This document shows, one piece after another, positions 14,078 through 26,678 of a DNA stretch of 28,041 bases. The notes beneath the pieces are model-generated. The model had not been told where the DNA came from, made no database searches, and saw nothing but the letters and a program-made list of their open reading frames with translations. Where the stretch lies: NCBI GenBank assembly GCA_000165425.1, contig CT868657.1:332205-360245 (forward strand), written 5' to 3'. The position numbers and the translations under genes are program-made. This stretch comes from Paramecium tetraurelia (lineage: Eukaryota). Position 1 is the first letter of the stretch. The number at the start of each line of letters is the position of its first letter.

Positions 14078-15773
14078 TCACTTTTATTTGGTGTCTCTTA
14101 ATATAAGTGATGTAAACTCTTAAAAAGAAACTTCACCATCACCATTTGTGTCTAATTCCATGAACACATTTTCCCATTGATTGTCTTGCAAATTTAATCC
14201 ACCTAAAATTTCCTTAAGTTCTTGTTTAGTTATGATGCCATTTCCATCCTTATCAAATAATTTAAATGCTGTTTCCAGTTTCTCTTTAGCCATGAGGTTT
14301 TGCATTTCTGTATAACCAATTATAAATTCTAGTATAATAATGACTTCAAAAGTTACCAGTATAATCAATCGTTCCTGAATGATCAAGATCCACAGTTCGA
14401 AAGATTTTATCCACAATTTATGAACATTTTATTTCATCTTAGTATAAATTCATATAACCTAAATTAAAAGAATTCAATTACATTAGGTAAGTTCTTCTTT
14501 ACTTAACTTTCCATCGCCATTTTTGTCAATCGCTTTGAATCCTTCTATTAATTCTTTTTTTTCTTTTGAATTCATAATTTAGGTTGAGATTAATTGTAAG
14601 ATTGCAGAACTAAGTTTACTTTTATTCTGAAAATATATAATAAATCAAATATTACATGAAAAGATTCAAGATTTTAAAGATTTTTAGGATTGATTTTATC
14701 AATTCTCTAATTGCTAACTATCCACGGATCTTTCAATCCCAATTCAGCTGAAATTCTTTTCCCTGGATCTACTGTTAGCATTTTTAAGATAAAACTCTTT
14801 GCTTATTCGGACACCTCTTTCCATTCATCACCTAATAATTTATAAATACATATCTATACCATTAAAATCGACTTGTCCTGATTTAATATTCTTATATAAG
14901 TCATTAATACTGGCCCCATTAAAAGGAGCCTTGCCTGACATAAGGGTATAAAGAATGACTCCACATGACCATATATCGCATTTGCTGTTATAATTCTGAT
15001 CAATAACCTCAGGAGCAATGAAATAGGGAGTTCCTATTTTTTATTTTAATTAAGAATTTTGCTCCAACTATTTGGCTGTCCCAAAATCAATAATCTTAAG
15101 ACAGTCGTCAGAATTCTTGGAATCAAATAAGATATTTTCAGGTTTCAAATCTCTTAATATAGACTCGTTTATTACCTATGAACAATATTTCTTTGATGGC
15201 AATAATTCACTGCACTTAAAATTTGTTTCATATAATTGGCAGCAACCTTCTCATTAAAATTATTTCTTTGTTAAACTCTAGAAAATAGTTCTCCACCACT
15301 TAAATACCTTTTTTAATGTAAAACATTACTCAGTGATCAAATAATACTGATGTTCATCTTGATAGAGCTCATAAATATTAACTATGTTTGGATGATCAAG
15401 ATTTTTTAAAATGTTTACTTCTTATATCATTTTATCCCTTTAACTTACTAGTATTTTATCCTTCGCGATCTATTTCATTGCCCGAAGTATCTAAGTTGAT
15501 TTTTGCATTACCAAGCTCACTCGTCCATAGGTTCCTAAGAATATAATTTCAATAACTACCTTCCCCTAAGGTTGATTATACTTTATAATAGGTTAATATG
15601 CTCCCACTTTTCAATGATATAAAGATATTGGGAGCAACTTTAAAATTTGTTCTTTGTTTCTGAAGACTTTTGTTCGATTTTATTGTAGAAACTTCTTGTG
15701 TTTTGTTAAAGGTACTCTAACTACCTCTTTTTGACGCATATTTTCTTTTAGGATTGCTTGAGCACGCTCCCAT
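14078..15773 (-). CDS. Calcium-dependent protein kinase (CDPK): kinase domain + 4 EF-hands, N-terminal acylation motif
   Basis: MGACSSNPKRK start; LGEG|TYGRV, RAMK, HR|DLKPEN, IIDFG, GTPYFIAPE, DIWSCGVILY. EF loops DKNGDGKLSKEE, DLDHSGTIDYTE, DKDGNGIITKQE and DTNGDGEVSFQE. About 7 short introns. Confidence 0.96.
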
Positions 15774-16322
15774 AAAATGGTATAAGATATTTAAATTATT
15801 CAATATAAATATCCATAATGATAGTTTATAATTGTCAACAACATTTAGATTTGATATTAGTTTTATTGATAAACAATCATAATAAATAATAATTAAAAAT
15901 AATGGAAAAATTCTTAAATTCTTAGCAAACTGTTAATAAACATCAATTTTATTTGAAGTTGTTTGAAGTGAGGGATCATAAGAGGTGGAATAAATCACAT
16001 CATACTTTAGAGTTTTTGATTAATTCCATTTTTCATATCAATTCAATTACTAAAGTAAATTTATTAAAACATTATAATAATTAAGCTGTTTTTTATATTT
16101 TACTAGAATGTATAAGGCTGCAAACATAACGATTACCCATCAATTAGAACTAGATATTACAAACGATTTCATATAACTGCTTATGTTTTAAAGATTTTTA
16201 ATAGCAAAATAATTGATTTAATACGAAATTTTATTTTTCTTAACATGCTTCTACGATTTATTCCTTAATTTTGAATAATAAAAATTATTTTAAAATCTTG
16301 CTCCTCCAATTTAAGTGAACAA

Positions 16323-18003
16323 ATGAGCAATTAAAAGGAATTTATAAAAAAGTAAATAGGAGAATACATTTTCGAATTCTCCCAAGAAATAGGCTCCGGA
16401 TACTCATCCAAAGTGTATAAGGGATAACACATCAAAACCAACCAAGTTGTTGCCATAAAGGTAATTAGTTCCCAAACATATACATCCCCTATATAAAAAT
16501 CTCTCTTAAAAAATGAAATCGCTATTTTGCTAAGAATAGATCACCCACATTTATTGCGAGTTTACGAAATAAGTTAGAGCGCTAACAACACTTACATTGT
16601 TAGCGAATTGTGTAACGAAGGAAGTCTGGAATAGTAAATGAAAAAAACTGAATTAACAACTGAAAAAGTGTTATCTATTTTATTATAGGTTTCAAAAGGC
16701 ATTTTAGCCTTGCATGAAAAAAGTAAATTAATATTTCATTCTAGAAATCATCCACAGAGATATTAAGCCAGCCAACATACTAATTAAAGACGGTATCTAC
16801 AAATTGGCTGATTTTGGGTTTGCCTTAATTGAAGATTAAATTGAAAGTGTGATAAAGCGATTTAATGTTGGTACCCCCATGTATATGGCGCCAGAAATTT
16901 CATAAACAAATTAATATTCTGATTCAAGTGACATCTGGGCTTTGGGAATCATGCTCTATGAAATGTTGTTCAATTGCATTCCTCCTTATAAGCAAGACAT
17001 AAAAACATTCCACGAAGATATATTGAAGAAGTGTCAGAAACAGGACTTTAAATATTAATCCTTAATTAAGACGTTGTTATTTGGAATGCTATAAATAAAT
17101 CCTCAAGACAGACTCAATATAACTTAAATTATTCAAATGCTGAAGCAAGACCAATGCCAAAGCGATACTAAATCACCAAGAGTCTAATCTCCTTTGTAGA
17201 AACTTAACTATTAATTCGTATAATCCAGCCTCAATTCTCCTCTCTCAACTTCCAAACCACAAACTTTAGATAGCTAAAGACAGAAATACTAAAAGCATGT
17301 TTAATCTCATAATAAGGCTTTAACATATGATCAGAAGAAATTTGATTCAATGAAGATATTTTCAAAAACTGATTGCAAAGTAAATTCTGTTTCAGATTTT
17401 GCAACTTAAGAGGATCTCCCAAAAATGAGCTTAAAAACTTCAAATGAAAATTAAGAGCAAATAGGATAGATATCCACTGAGTGTTCATTTTCAACTTAGG
17501 GAGTAATGCAGTAATAATAGAGATAAAAATTTCAACCTTTATTAACTTAATTGCCAGCTATCATACTACCAACATTTAATTTTTGTTGGTTTTTAGAAAA
17601 CGTTATCAAAAATATGAATATGCAAAATGAACAAAAATAGAAATGTAATTTTCTATTTAGAAAATTGTTGGCAATCAAAGCCAAAGCATTCTATTCTTTT
17701 GCTCCTAAATAATATAAAGATTAATTGAATGTATGGATTAATCAACTGAACTCCTACTATGAAAAAGTCTAACATGTTTTGAATTTCACTATGGACAACA
17801 CATTTCTTATATTCTTTAATACGTAATTGGAAGATTAGGGGAAACTACTTAGCATGTACTTAGTTAGTCTGATGAGTCAAATCATTTTAAAGGAATCTAA
17901 TACTGATTACGAAGTTCTGATAGATATTTTGTAAGAAAATTTGAAACATCAAAATGATCCGTTCCTATTTGCTAGAAAGTGGGCTCATAATCAATAAAAG
18001 TGA
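16323..18003 (+). CDS. Ser/Thr protein kinase (ULK/ATG1-like ciliate family) with helical C-terminal region
   Basis: IGSGYSSKVYKG, VAIK, NEIAIL, IIHRDIKPANILI, LADFGFA, VGTPMYMAPE, DIWALGIMLYEML. Intron at about 16723-16744. TGA at 18001-18003. The subfamily is inference. Confidence 0.92.
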
Positions 18004-18105
18004 TTTCTATTTATAAAATATTATCATTTATTATACTATTAATTGATGCTATTTGAACATAATCATAATATTATAAACTCTGATTTTTTGCAATAATTTG
18101 TAATA

Positions 18106-18962
18106 ATGGGAACCTGTTAATCGTAGAAGCAAAATAAGAACTTTGCGAATTAAATAAACTAAATTAATCTGGCTACTTAATTTCCTAGACTTACAGATTA
18201 AATCCATTTTTTTGATTAGATTAGTTTGGAACAATTAAATTAGCCTGATTTGTCAGCCTTTTTGTCTAAACATATAAACAAGAATAGAATAGTCAATGAA
18301 GGCAAGACTTGGATTGTAGTTAATGAAGTCAAATGCATTTTAAATACGAAATCAATTGTTCTAATACGAAACTTTATTCCAGAAACAGATGCAGCCATGC
18401 AATTGATATATTTACTCAAATAACTAATTTCAGTATCAATGAGAGTTTAAGAGTTATAAGTGGATTTTAATGAGTATGCTGTTGAATTGTTCCATTACTT
18501 TCAGGCTTAGCTGGTCTAAGTATGTATCTAACACCCTAAATTTAGGTTTCAATAGAAGTATTATTGGCTGTGAACACATTAATGAAGAAATAGGAACACT
18601 GGTGGAATGACAACTATTTTAGCTGGAGGAAAAATTATATACAATCGATGTTTAAAATTAAGTAGCCTGATGTAGAGAAGGTGGAAATCATCCATCCATT
18701 CTTTGAATACATTGCCTTGTTAAAGGAATGTGCCAAGTAATTTTGTAATCAACTCAAATCTCCAGATCTTATAGCCATAGACATCAAGGCTTAATAAGAA
18801 GTCTTAGAATAATTTTACAATCAATTAAGAACTGGCTTTTTATAAAATCAATCCACTCAAGTAGATAGCATCAATTGGGAACATCATTTGGCTTCTAAAC
18901 AATTAGAATAACGACTTTAAACTTACACTCTCTTCATTAAAAAGAAAAACTCTATTTCTTGA
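18106..18962 (+). CDS. Hypothetical protein, possible N-myristoylation start (MGTCQS)
   Basis: Open frame of about 275 codons with one 26-nt intron (18520-18545) and TGA at 18960-18962. An upstream in-frame ATG at 18046 is an alternative start. No family recognised. Confidence 0.75.
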
Positions 18963-18997
18963 TTCTATAAGTCACATTAATCTAAAAAATATTGTAC

Positions 18998-19977
18998 ATG
19001 AAATATTTCATCATTAATTTTGTTTCCGGCACTCTCTCAAGTAATCACTCAATCTAATCGAATAGGCTGCATTCATACCTTGATTGGATATCCCTTGGAT
19101 TTTATCAAAACCAGAATTCAAATACAACACAAGAAGCAAAGCATGATAAAAGCAGGAATTCAAATTATTAGAGATGAAGGAGTGAAGGCTTTGTACAGAG
19201 GTAGATTTTATACATTTGCATAGGGGTATCAATACAGCTTCTAAATTCTGTTTGCGCTGGATCAATATATTTTCCTACCTATGAACATATGAGAAAGTGG
19301 TTTGCTAGAATGGATAATTTAAATGAACACAGCTATTTACCATTTTAACAAACATTTTTAGCCGGAAGTATGGCAGTATTATACAATTACATTAAATAGG
19401 GTATTGCTAGCAATATATTTGCATGTCCATTAGAATATGGCAAAATTTTATCCCAAAAAACAAAAATAAAAAAAATGGAGTAGACTGATGGTCCAATTCA
19501 TAAATTGTATCAGATATTGAAAACTTAAGGCTTTTTTCACATTTATAAGTAAACTTCAAATAAATTAACTGTTAGAGGACTCAGATTATAATTAATGAGA
19601 GATTCAATTGGATGTGGATTATATTTTGTATCTCATGCCAAGACCTTATAATACTTTACTCCTCAAGGAAGGGATAGAACAGAAGCTTCATAATTTGGAA
19701 TTTTAATGGCCAGCATGTCAGCAGCCGCTAGCTTTTGGAGTATCAGTTATCCCATTGACATCGTTAAGACAAGATATCAAGTATTAAATGAAAGGTAAGT
19801 AAAGATTTGCATTGATATTTAAGCACTACTAGTATCATTAAGTAAATCTATTCTGAGGGAGGAGCTTTGGCATTCTACAAAGGATTCTAAGTAACCGTGA
19901 TAAGAAGTGTTGTTGTAAATATTTTTTCTTTATGCACCTACGAAAATCTAAGGAGAGTTGGGTTTAAGTATTTTTGA
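18998..19977 (+). CDS. Mitochondrial carrier (SLC25; carnitine/ornithine-carrier-like)
   Basis: Three carrier signatures YPLDFIKTRIQ, CPLEYGKILSQ and YPIDIVKTRYQ, plus EGVKALYRG, QLMRDSIGCGLYF and FYKGFQVTVIR. Five short introns. TGA at 19975-19977. Confidence 0.93.
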
Positions 19978-20038
19978 AATAAATTTATTCATGTATAGAA
20001 ATTAGAAAAATGTATGTATTATTTATTTATCAATTAAC

Positions 20039-20812
20039 TCAACATTCACAACTTTTTACTTCTTATTCACTATTATTCACCTAAACTTCTATCGGTTTAG
20101 CATCATTTTGATTGAATTCAATCACATTCACTTGATCATTAGGCTCTTTTATATCAATATTCGAAATTGGTGACTAGTTTTGCTAGTTTTGTGGTATCAA
20201 TCCCAAATATAAAAATAAATTGATTCTATACTTATGCTAATTTAGTCTAATAATTAATTCATCTTATCTTTGAATTCAGGATCTATATGATTAGTTTAAA
20301 TTTGATAGGCGATTTCATATTATTCTGTTAACTTTTAAGCGTGCTCATTTATATCGAAATTTTATAAGTCTGTTTTATTCTAACCAAAATTGAAATTTAG
20401 ATCCAATTACCCCTATTAATGCAATTTTAACATTTGCACCAGCTTAGAAGACAAGTTCTTCAATCCATTTATCAATATGTAATAATGATGATTCACTTGA
20501 ACAATCATAAACCAAAATAGCAGCCTTTGCTCGTTTATAATGGCTTTAATAGAATTAAGATAACAACCTTGACACTATGGATCTATACTTCTCCTGTCCT
20601 GCTGTATCCCATATTGAAAACTTCACATTATTTCTTGTGAACGAATGATGCTATACTCCAATGGTTGTCTCAGTTTTTCCATTGATATCCAAAAAACTTT
20701 TACTTAAGTAGATCTTCTTACTTGTTTAAGATAGTTGTTTTGCCTACTCCACAATCTCCCAGCATAATAACTATAATTTAGCATTGGATTATTTACTTTT
20801 ATTTTAAGACAT
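20039..20812 (-). CDS. Rab-family small GTPase (divergent; last intron has a non-canonical acceptor)
   Basis: IIMLGDCGVGKTT (G1), TTIGV (G2), IWDTAGQEKYRS (G3), LIG|NKTD (G4) and C-terminal KSCEC* prenylation motif. Five introns are inferred. Confidence 0.9.
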
Positions 20813-20879
20813 TGTTTGAAATAGTAATTAAAATATATTACATAATCTGAATTTGTATATAATACATTTCGCTTTAATT

Positions 20880-21990
20880 GGATCAGCATTTATGGCTTGT
20901 AGATAGTTTCATTTACAATAATTTGGCTGGGAAAAAGGTATTGGAATTAGTAGAGAAAAGTAGGTTGAAAGAAATTGAAAAATGTAATCAGGTCTTGAAA
21001 AATCTATTTATAATATCAAAGTGATCCTTTATTTGGAATAACTTTAATGAAATTAGTTATAGAGGTTTATAACACAGGATTTTTAAGCTTGAGATTATTA
21101 AATAAAGAATTATTGTTTTTAAGAGTATAAGGACAATAAAGGAAATGATTCAGGAGATAATAAACTAGTATGGTATATTCCACTTTATTGTAAACAATAA
21201 TCTATCTATCGATACAATGAGTACAAATTTCGAAGAGAAATTGTAGTTTTCTAGATATTATTACACCTCTATTTGCCTTTCCTTTAGAATGCCTTCGTAG
21301 AGAATCTATCTATTTATAATTAGATGATATAAGTAAATTACAATTTTATTTATTTGAAAAACAAATTGTCAACTAAAATATCAAGTAAAAGTTATGATTA
21401 TTTATTAAAGAAATATCAAAATTGTCTCAAAAATCTTAATTTATCTAATGATAGATTAGATTGATGGTTAATAAAAAAGTAGTTAAAAGGCTTACGATAC
21501 ACACTTGATTTAAAATTGAATTTATGGATGCTGAGTTGTAGATATTTTGAGATCGAAGGACTATAAGAAAAATATCCCTTTATATATTAATGAGGTTATT
21601 CTTTGATTTTATGAACTCAGGGCAAAGATAAATAGTTATGAAAGGCTAAATAATTTCAATAAACAGATATTTGGCTTATTAAAATATATGTGTTATTCTT
21701 ATTTGAGTGAAGAATTATATCACATATTTTTGATATACGGACATATCATAAAAATTATAAGACCAATTACCCATAAAAGATTTTATTCTATGGATGAAAA
21801 ATGAATTTTGATGAAGCTTTGATTGTTTTGAGCATGCAGTTTTGAATTAATAAGATAAAGAGGGAAATTAGAGTATTCAAGGTGACCAATGAAATGAAAA
21901 TCAAAGAATTTTTACTTTTTATTCTGATTTGAGAGACAGTGATAATAAGAAAAATTCAAATACCGATCTCAAAGAAGAAAATTGAAAAAT
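20880..21990 (+). pseudogene. Probable decayed gene remnant
   Basis: About 1.1 kb with purine-rich coding-like stretches (e.g. LWLVDSFIYNNLAGKKVLELVEKSRLKEIEKCNQVLK) but repeated TGA stops that short introns do not resolve. No family recognised. Confidence 0.4.
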
Positions 21991-22012
21991 AATAATATAT
22001 AAAATTTATTTA

Positions 22013-23023
22013 ATGATTCAAGAAATTAAACCTGTCATAGATGAAGGAATTAATCTCAGATGCAGATTTTATGAGAATTAGTATCCGAAAGAAAATGATT
22101 TAGTTGTTGTAGAGGTAGTGGAAGTTTAAGAAAATGCATCATACGTCGAATTATTGGAGTATGATAGAATAAGAGGCATGATTCCACCGAATGAAACAAC
22201 AAGAGCATTAAAGGGCGGAATTCAAAAAGCTTTAAAAATAGGAAAAATTCAAGTTGTTAGAGTGTTGAGAGTAGATGAAGATTAAGGATACATAGATCTA
22301 TCTAAGAAGAAGGTGGCCAAGGATGAAGAGCTTATGTCATTATAAAAGTTTGCAGATGGAAAAATGATTCATTCAATTATGAGAGCCATCGCAGAAAAAT
22401 GCAATATCAATATTTAGGAATTATATAAAACTATTGTATGGCCATTATAAGACAATAAATAAAATGTTTCAGTTCTTTAAATATTTAAAAATGCTTTATC
22501 AGATTAAAAGAATTTGTCAAAGCTAAATCTATCAGAATAGATTTAACTTAAATTAATGGAAGAAATAGAGAGAAGATTAAAACCAGAACCAGTTACTATC
22601 AAAACTGAATTTGACTTAATCAGTCATGACTATGCCGGAAGTCTTATTATCAAGGAAGCTCTAATCGCTGGAACAATGAAATCCACTGAAGAATGCAAAC
22701 TATCAGTATTCTATAATTTAAATTTTAGTTTGAAATAAAAGCATCTCCATCTTACACTGGTAGAACAACTACAATCTCAAGGGATGGAGTAAAAATTATG
22801 AAGGATGCTTTGGCTGAAATTGAAAATGTTATGAAAAAGTATTAAGGATAGATGAAAGTTAAAATTGAAGTATTTCATAGGATAATATATTTAGCCTAAA
22901 GTTGTTGGAAACCAACAAGCCGATTATATAGATGAAGCTGAAAATGAAGATGGAGAAGATGAATACGGGATTAATTAAGATGGTGGAGAAGGAGATGACG
23001 ATGACGATATGGGAATGTAATGA
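22013..23023 (+). CDS. EIF2S1: Translation initiation factor eIF2 alpha subunit
   Basis: CRFYENQYPKENDLVVV, SYVELLEYD, VVRVLRVDEDQGYIDLSKKKV, ELYKTIVWPL, RRLKPEPVTIK, IKASPSY and an acidic tail. Introns at about 22706-22728 and 22870-22894. TGA at 23021-23023. Confidence 0.96.
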
Positions 23024-23229
23024 ATTATTTTAATAGTATTAAATTAAATAGTATTTATCAATTATTCAATTCTAGAATGTCTTAAATACATAAAATTATC
23101 CCACTCTTTAGAAGATATCATTTTGCTATGTGACATTGATAGTACATAGCAAATCCAACTTTAAATTTCTGATAATATTTAATACAATTTATAATTTAAA
23201 TAGAGAAATATACAAACATACAATAGGAA

Positions 23230-24398
23230 TCATACTTATTAGTATAAACTGTACTAGAATAAAATTTAAATCGAATTTACTTAATCTATATTCCTTGAGT
23301 CGTAATAATATGGGGACATCTGAATATTCTGAATTCTATAGGGAGAATTTTGCTAACTGGATTAAAGTGAATAATTATATTATGGAGCTTGAATATTGCT
23401 AATTGATACATAAGTAATTATTCTGGGTTGAGGCTGTTAAAGCAAGGGGACTATTCTTTTTGAATAAGTATTATTTTGGATCGTTCTGATAATAATAAAG
23501 TTAAATTAAGTTCGGATTATTACAAGAGTACTGTCGCTGTGGGTAATAATGCATTTAACTGTATTAAGCATTCTAAGTCCTAGTTGATGGAACATGATTC
23601 TAAAGGCAAAAGTTTAAATTTGTCTCTTCTTGACAATATTTAATTATTTCTTTAAAATTATAGACTCAAATTTAAATATTAGAACACCTAAAGATGGCAT
23701 ATTGTTAATTGAATTGGTTAACATGAGAATCACTTAATCATACTTTTGGTTGAATTACAATTAGGTTTAATTTATTGCCTAAATAATCTAAATAATTTAC
23801 TTATAATGTGTTCTAATTTTAATTAGATAATGTCACTGACTGCTCCTATTGAAAATTTAAGTCCTCCTGTAGTTTGATTTATGTTTCTTGGAGGTCTTTT
23901 ACAATTTATTTCAGGCTCTCCTGTTCTCTCTTATAATTATCAAGTTCTTAACTGCTCTCTTTTGTTTCTATTCTTAGATCAGACTCTTCCTAATTTCTTC
24001 TTCTTATATACTACAGCGTACTTCTAGAAAGATTATGATTCAACTATTACTTTAACCCTCTTTTGAACCATCTGTGGCGAAATTCACTTTACCCAAACTA
24101 ATTTCTGGTCTTTCTAAAATTATACATGTTTAGTTATCTACATTACTTTAATGATACCTGAGAAAGCTAGGATAGTTTTTATGCTTAAAATAGTTAGCTA
24201 ACACTTTCGAAGACATATCACTAGGTTTGAATACTATAAAGGAAGTTCCCTCTTTGTTCCATGAAATTAGGTCTGTTAATGAATCATTCTAAAGATAATA
24301 TTTGCTTATTATACCTCTAAAATTTCATAAGTTTTTAGAAGGAACGAAGGCACATTTACTTTGAGGTGTGGAAATATATTAAGATCTTGATTTGACAT
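23230..24398 (-). CDS. Heat-shock-factor (HSF) family transcription factor
   Basis: VPSFLLKTYEILE|NDSLTDLISWNKEGTSFIV, VLANYFKHKNYPSFLR|QLNMYNFRK, EFRHRWFKRG, followed by a coiled-coil segment. ATG 24398. The 3' exon structure and stop position are approximate. Confidence 0.93.
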
Positions 24399-26067
24399 AA
24401 ATAATATTTTTAAGGGAATTTCAAAATTTCAAAGCACTTATAAACCACAAAATTATCGCATAAGATACTTTTCATTAAATGATCACTCTTTTTTTTCTAA
24501 TGCTATTAATATTAATTATAAATGGGTAATGACAATTAAATTTAGAAATATGAATTTATCAAAAAAATAATTAATAATAAAAATTATTATGTCCTTTAAA
24601 AACCTCACAACCAATAATCAATTGTTAATACATTAGTACTTTTAAAAAAAATTTAATATTATTTTTATTTTCATTGTTATTAATTATCATCCAATTCAAA
24701 ATAATTAGAAAGGAATTTTCTGTCTATGTTTCAATCTTTTGAGATTTCAACCTTGAAAGCCTATTTTTAAATATTCAATAACTAGCTTTTCATTTGATAT
24801 TATCGATGTATTGAGAATAAATTATCTCATGTGTATGTTGCAAAAAGGGATCTACGATTATTTCTACATTTCAATAGACTCCTCTAATAAACTGATGCAC
24901 ACAATTAAATTTCTGGACATAATTGATGAAATTATAAATCAAAACTAATTGAATCAATAGTCATGAATGAATTTCAATGAAGCTTTAATTATCAAATCAA
25001 TATTTCTGTCAACATAAACTTCTACTAACTTATTTTATTAAAAATAATTGTTAACCATAAATTCTTATTATTTAATTATTTTTATTAAAATAGAAATTTC
25101 AAGAAGTGTTCTGGATAAAATTCATATAATTCCTTCACTTTTTTAGATGAAATGAAGTAGCAATAAATTTAAAACCATTATTGTAAAAATCATTATTTAT
25201 CAATATTTTTCTTAAATTATTAACAATTTAATAATTTTACTATACCTTTGAATTATCAAATAACAGATGATTATTTTCTTTATTACTTTTTCTTAAATCA
25301 CAAAATTTCTTAAAATAAGATATTTTCTTGAAGAACTTAAACTAAAAATTTTTATAGAATTAAATTAATTAAAATTTCGGATAGAAATATGATTTTTGAT
25401 TTCATTTATTATGCAAACATCAAACAATATATGAACAATCAGCCTTTTAGCTTTAAACTATTGAAAGTATTCATTATCTTTTCAGAAATTTTAAATTTAG
25501 CATCAACAATTATCTATTAAAACTTTTTTAACAGCAATTCAGTAAATGGTAAAGAATAATTTGTTAGATTTAAGATTTAAGTACCTTTCATTCCCAAACT
25601 ATTTGTAATTCATAAATAAGTATTTTTGGAGGTTAGACAATCTTAAAAGTTAATTAATGCTCTTCATATGCTTATGATTAGTTAATTTATAAAACGCTTG
25701 AACTTAATCCACACTATTCAATAATTTTCTCTTTCAAATTTTGGAGGTAATATTTATTAATATAATTAGAATTGATTAATAGAATGATAAATATTTTTAC
25801 ATATATATTGACAATTAATAAGTTCATGGAATCATTTATTCACATATAAGTAGTCCTTCAAACTTGTGTGAAAGCACAAATTATAAAGATTAATATTTTT
25901 CTATAAGCAAGATAATTGATCATTCAAGCACAACTGTTTTTATTGTAATGTTAGCTTAAAGAGGGATTTGGGGAGTATCTGAATTTGTAAATATCAATTG
26001 AGTCGTGTCCAACAGGATGTTTTTCATTGTAACAAAGATCAATGTTTAGATTAATATTTTATATTTT

Positions 26068-26457
26068 NNNNNNNNNNNNNNNNNNNNNNNNNNNNNNNNN
26101 NNNNNNNNNNNNNNNNNNNNNNNNNNNNNNNNNNNNNNNNNNNNNNNNNNNNNNNNNNNNNNNNNNNNNNNNNNNNNNNNNNNNNNNNNNNNNNNNNNNN
26201 NNNNNNNNNNNNNNNNNNNNNNNNNNNNNNNNNNNNNNNNNNNNNNNNNNNNNNNNNNNNNNNNNNNNNNNNNNNNNNNNNNNNNNNNNNNNNNNNNNNN
26301 NNNNNNNNNNNNNNNNNNNNNNNNNNNNNNNNNNNNNNNNNNNNNNNNNNNNNNNNNNNNNNNNNNNNNNNNNNNNNNNNNNNNNNNNNNNNNNNNNNNN
26401 NNNNNNNNNNNNNNNNNNNNNNNNNNNNNNNNNNNNNNNNNNNNNNNNNNNNNNNNN
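26068..26457. other. Assembly gap (390 N)
   Basis: Run of N. The join between the two sides is a scaffolding inference. Confidence 1.
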
Positions 26458-26678
26458 GATTGAATTGATCAAAACCCTCGAACTTGATTAACATTCTGCC
26501 AAAAGCTTTTAATTAAACGTGTTAATCTTTGATTTAAACCTTATAATATTGTCAAAAATTGATAATGTGATAGTGCTGCTTAATTAAAATCAATATTTTT
26601 TTTCTAACTTCTATAAAGTGGTGTAAATTAATTTTAATTTTTTTATAATTTTAGTTATATATACAACAGAATATTTAA

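Noticed and set aside
26042..26494. Three ORFs of 137-149 aa
   Set aside because: They are artefacts of the N gap.
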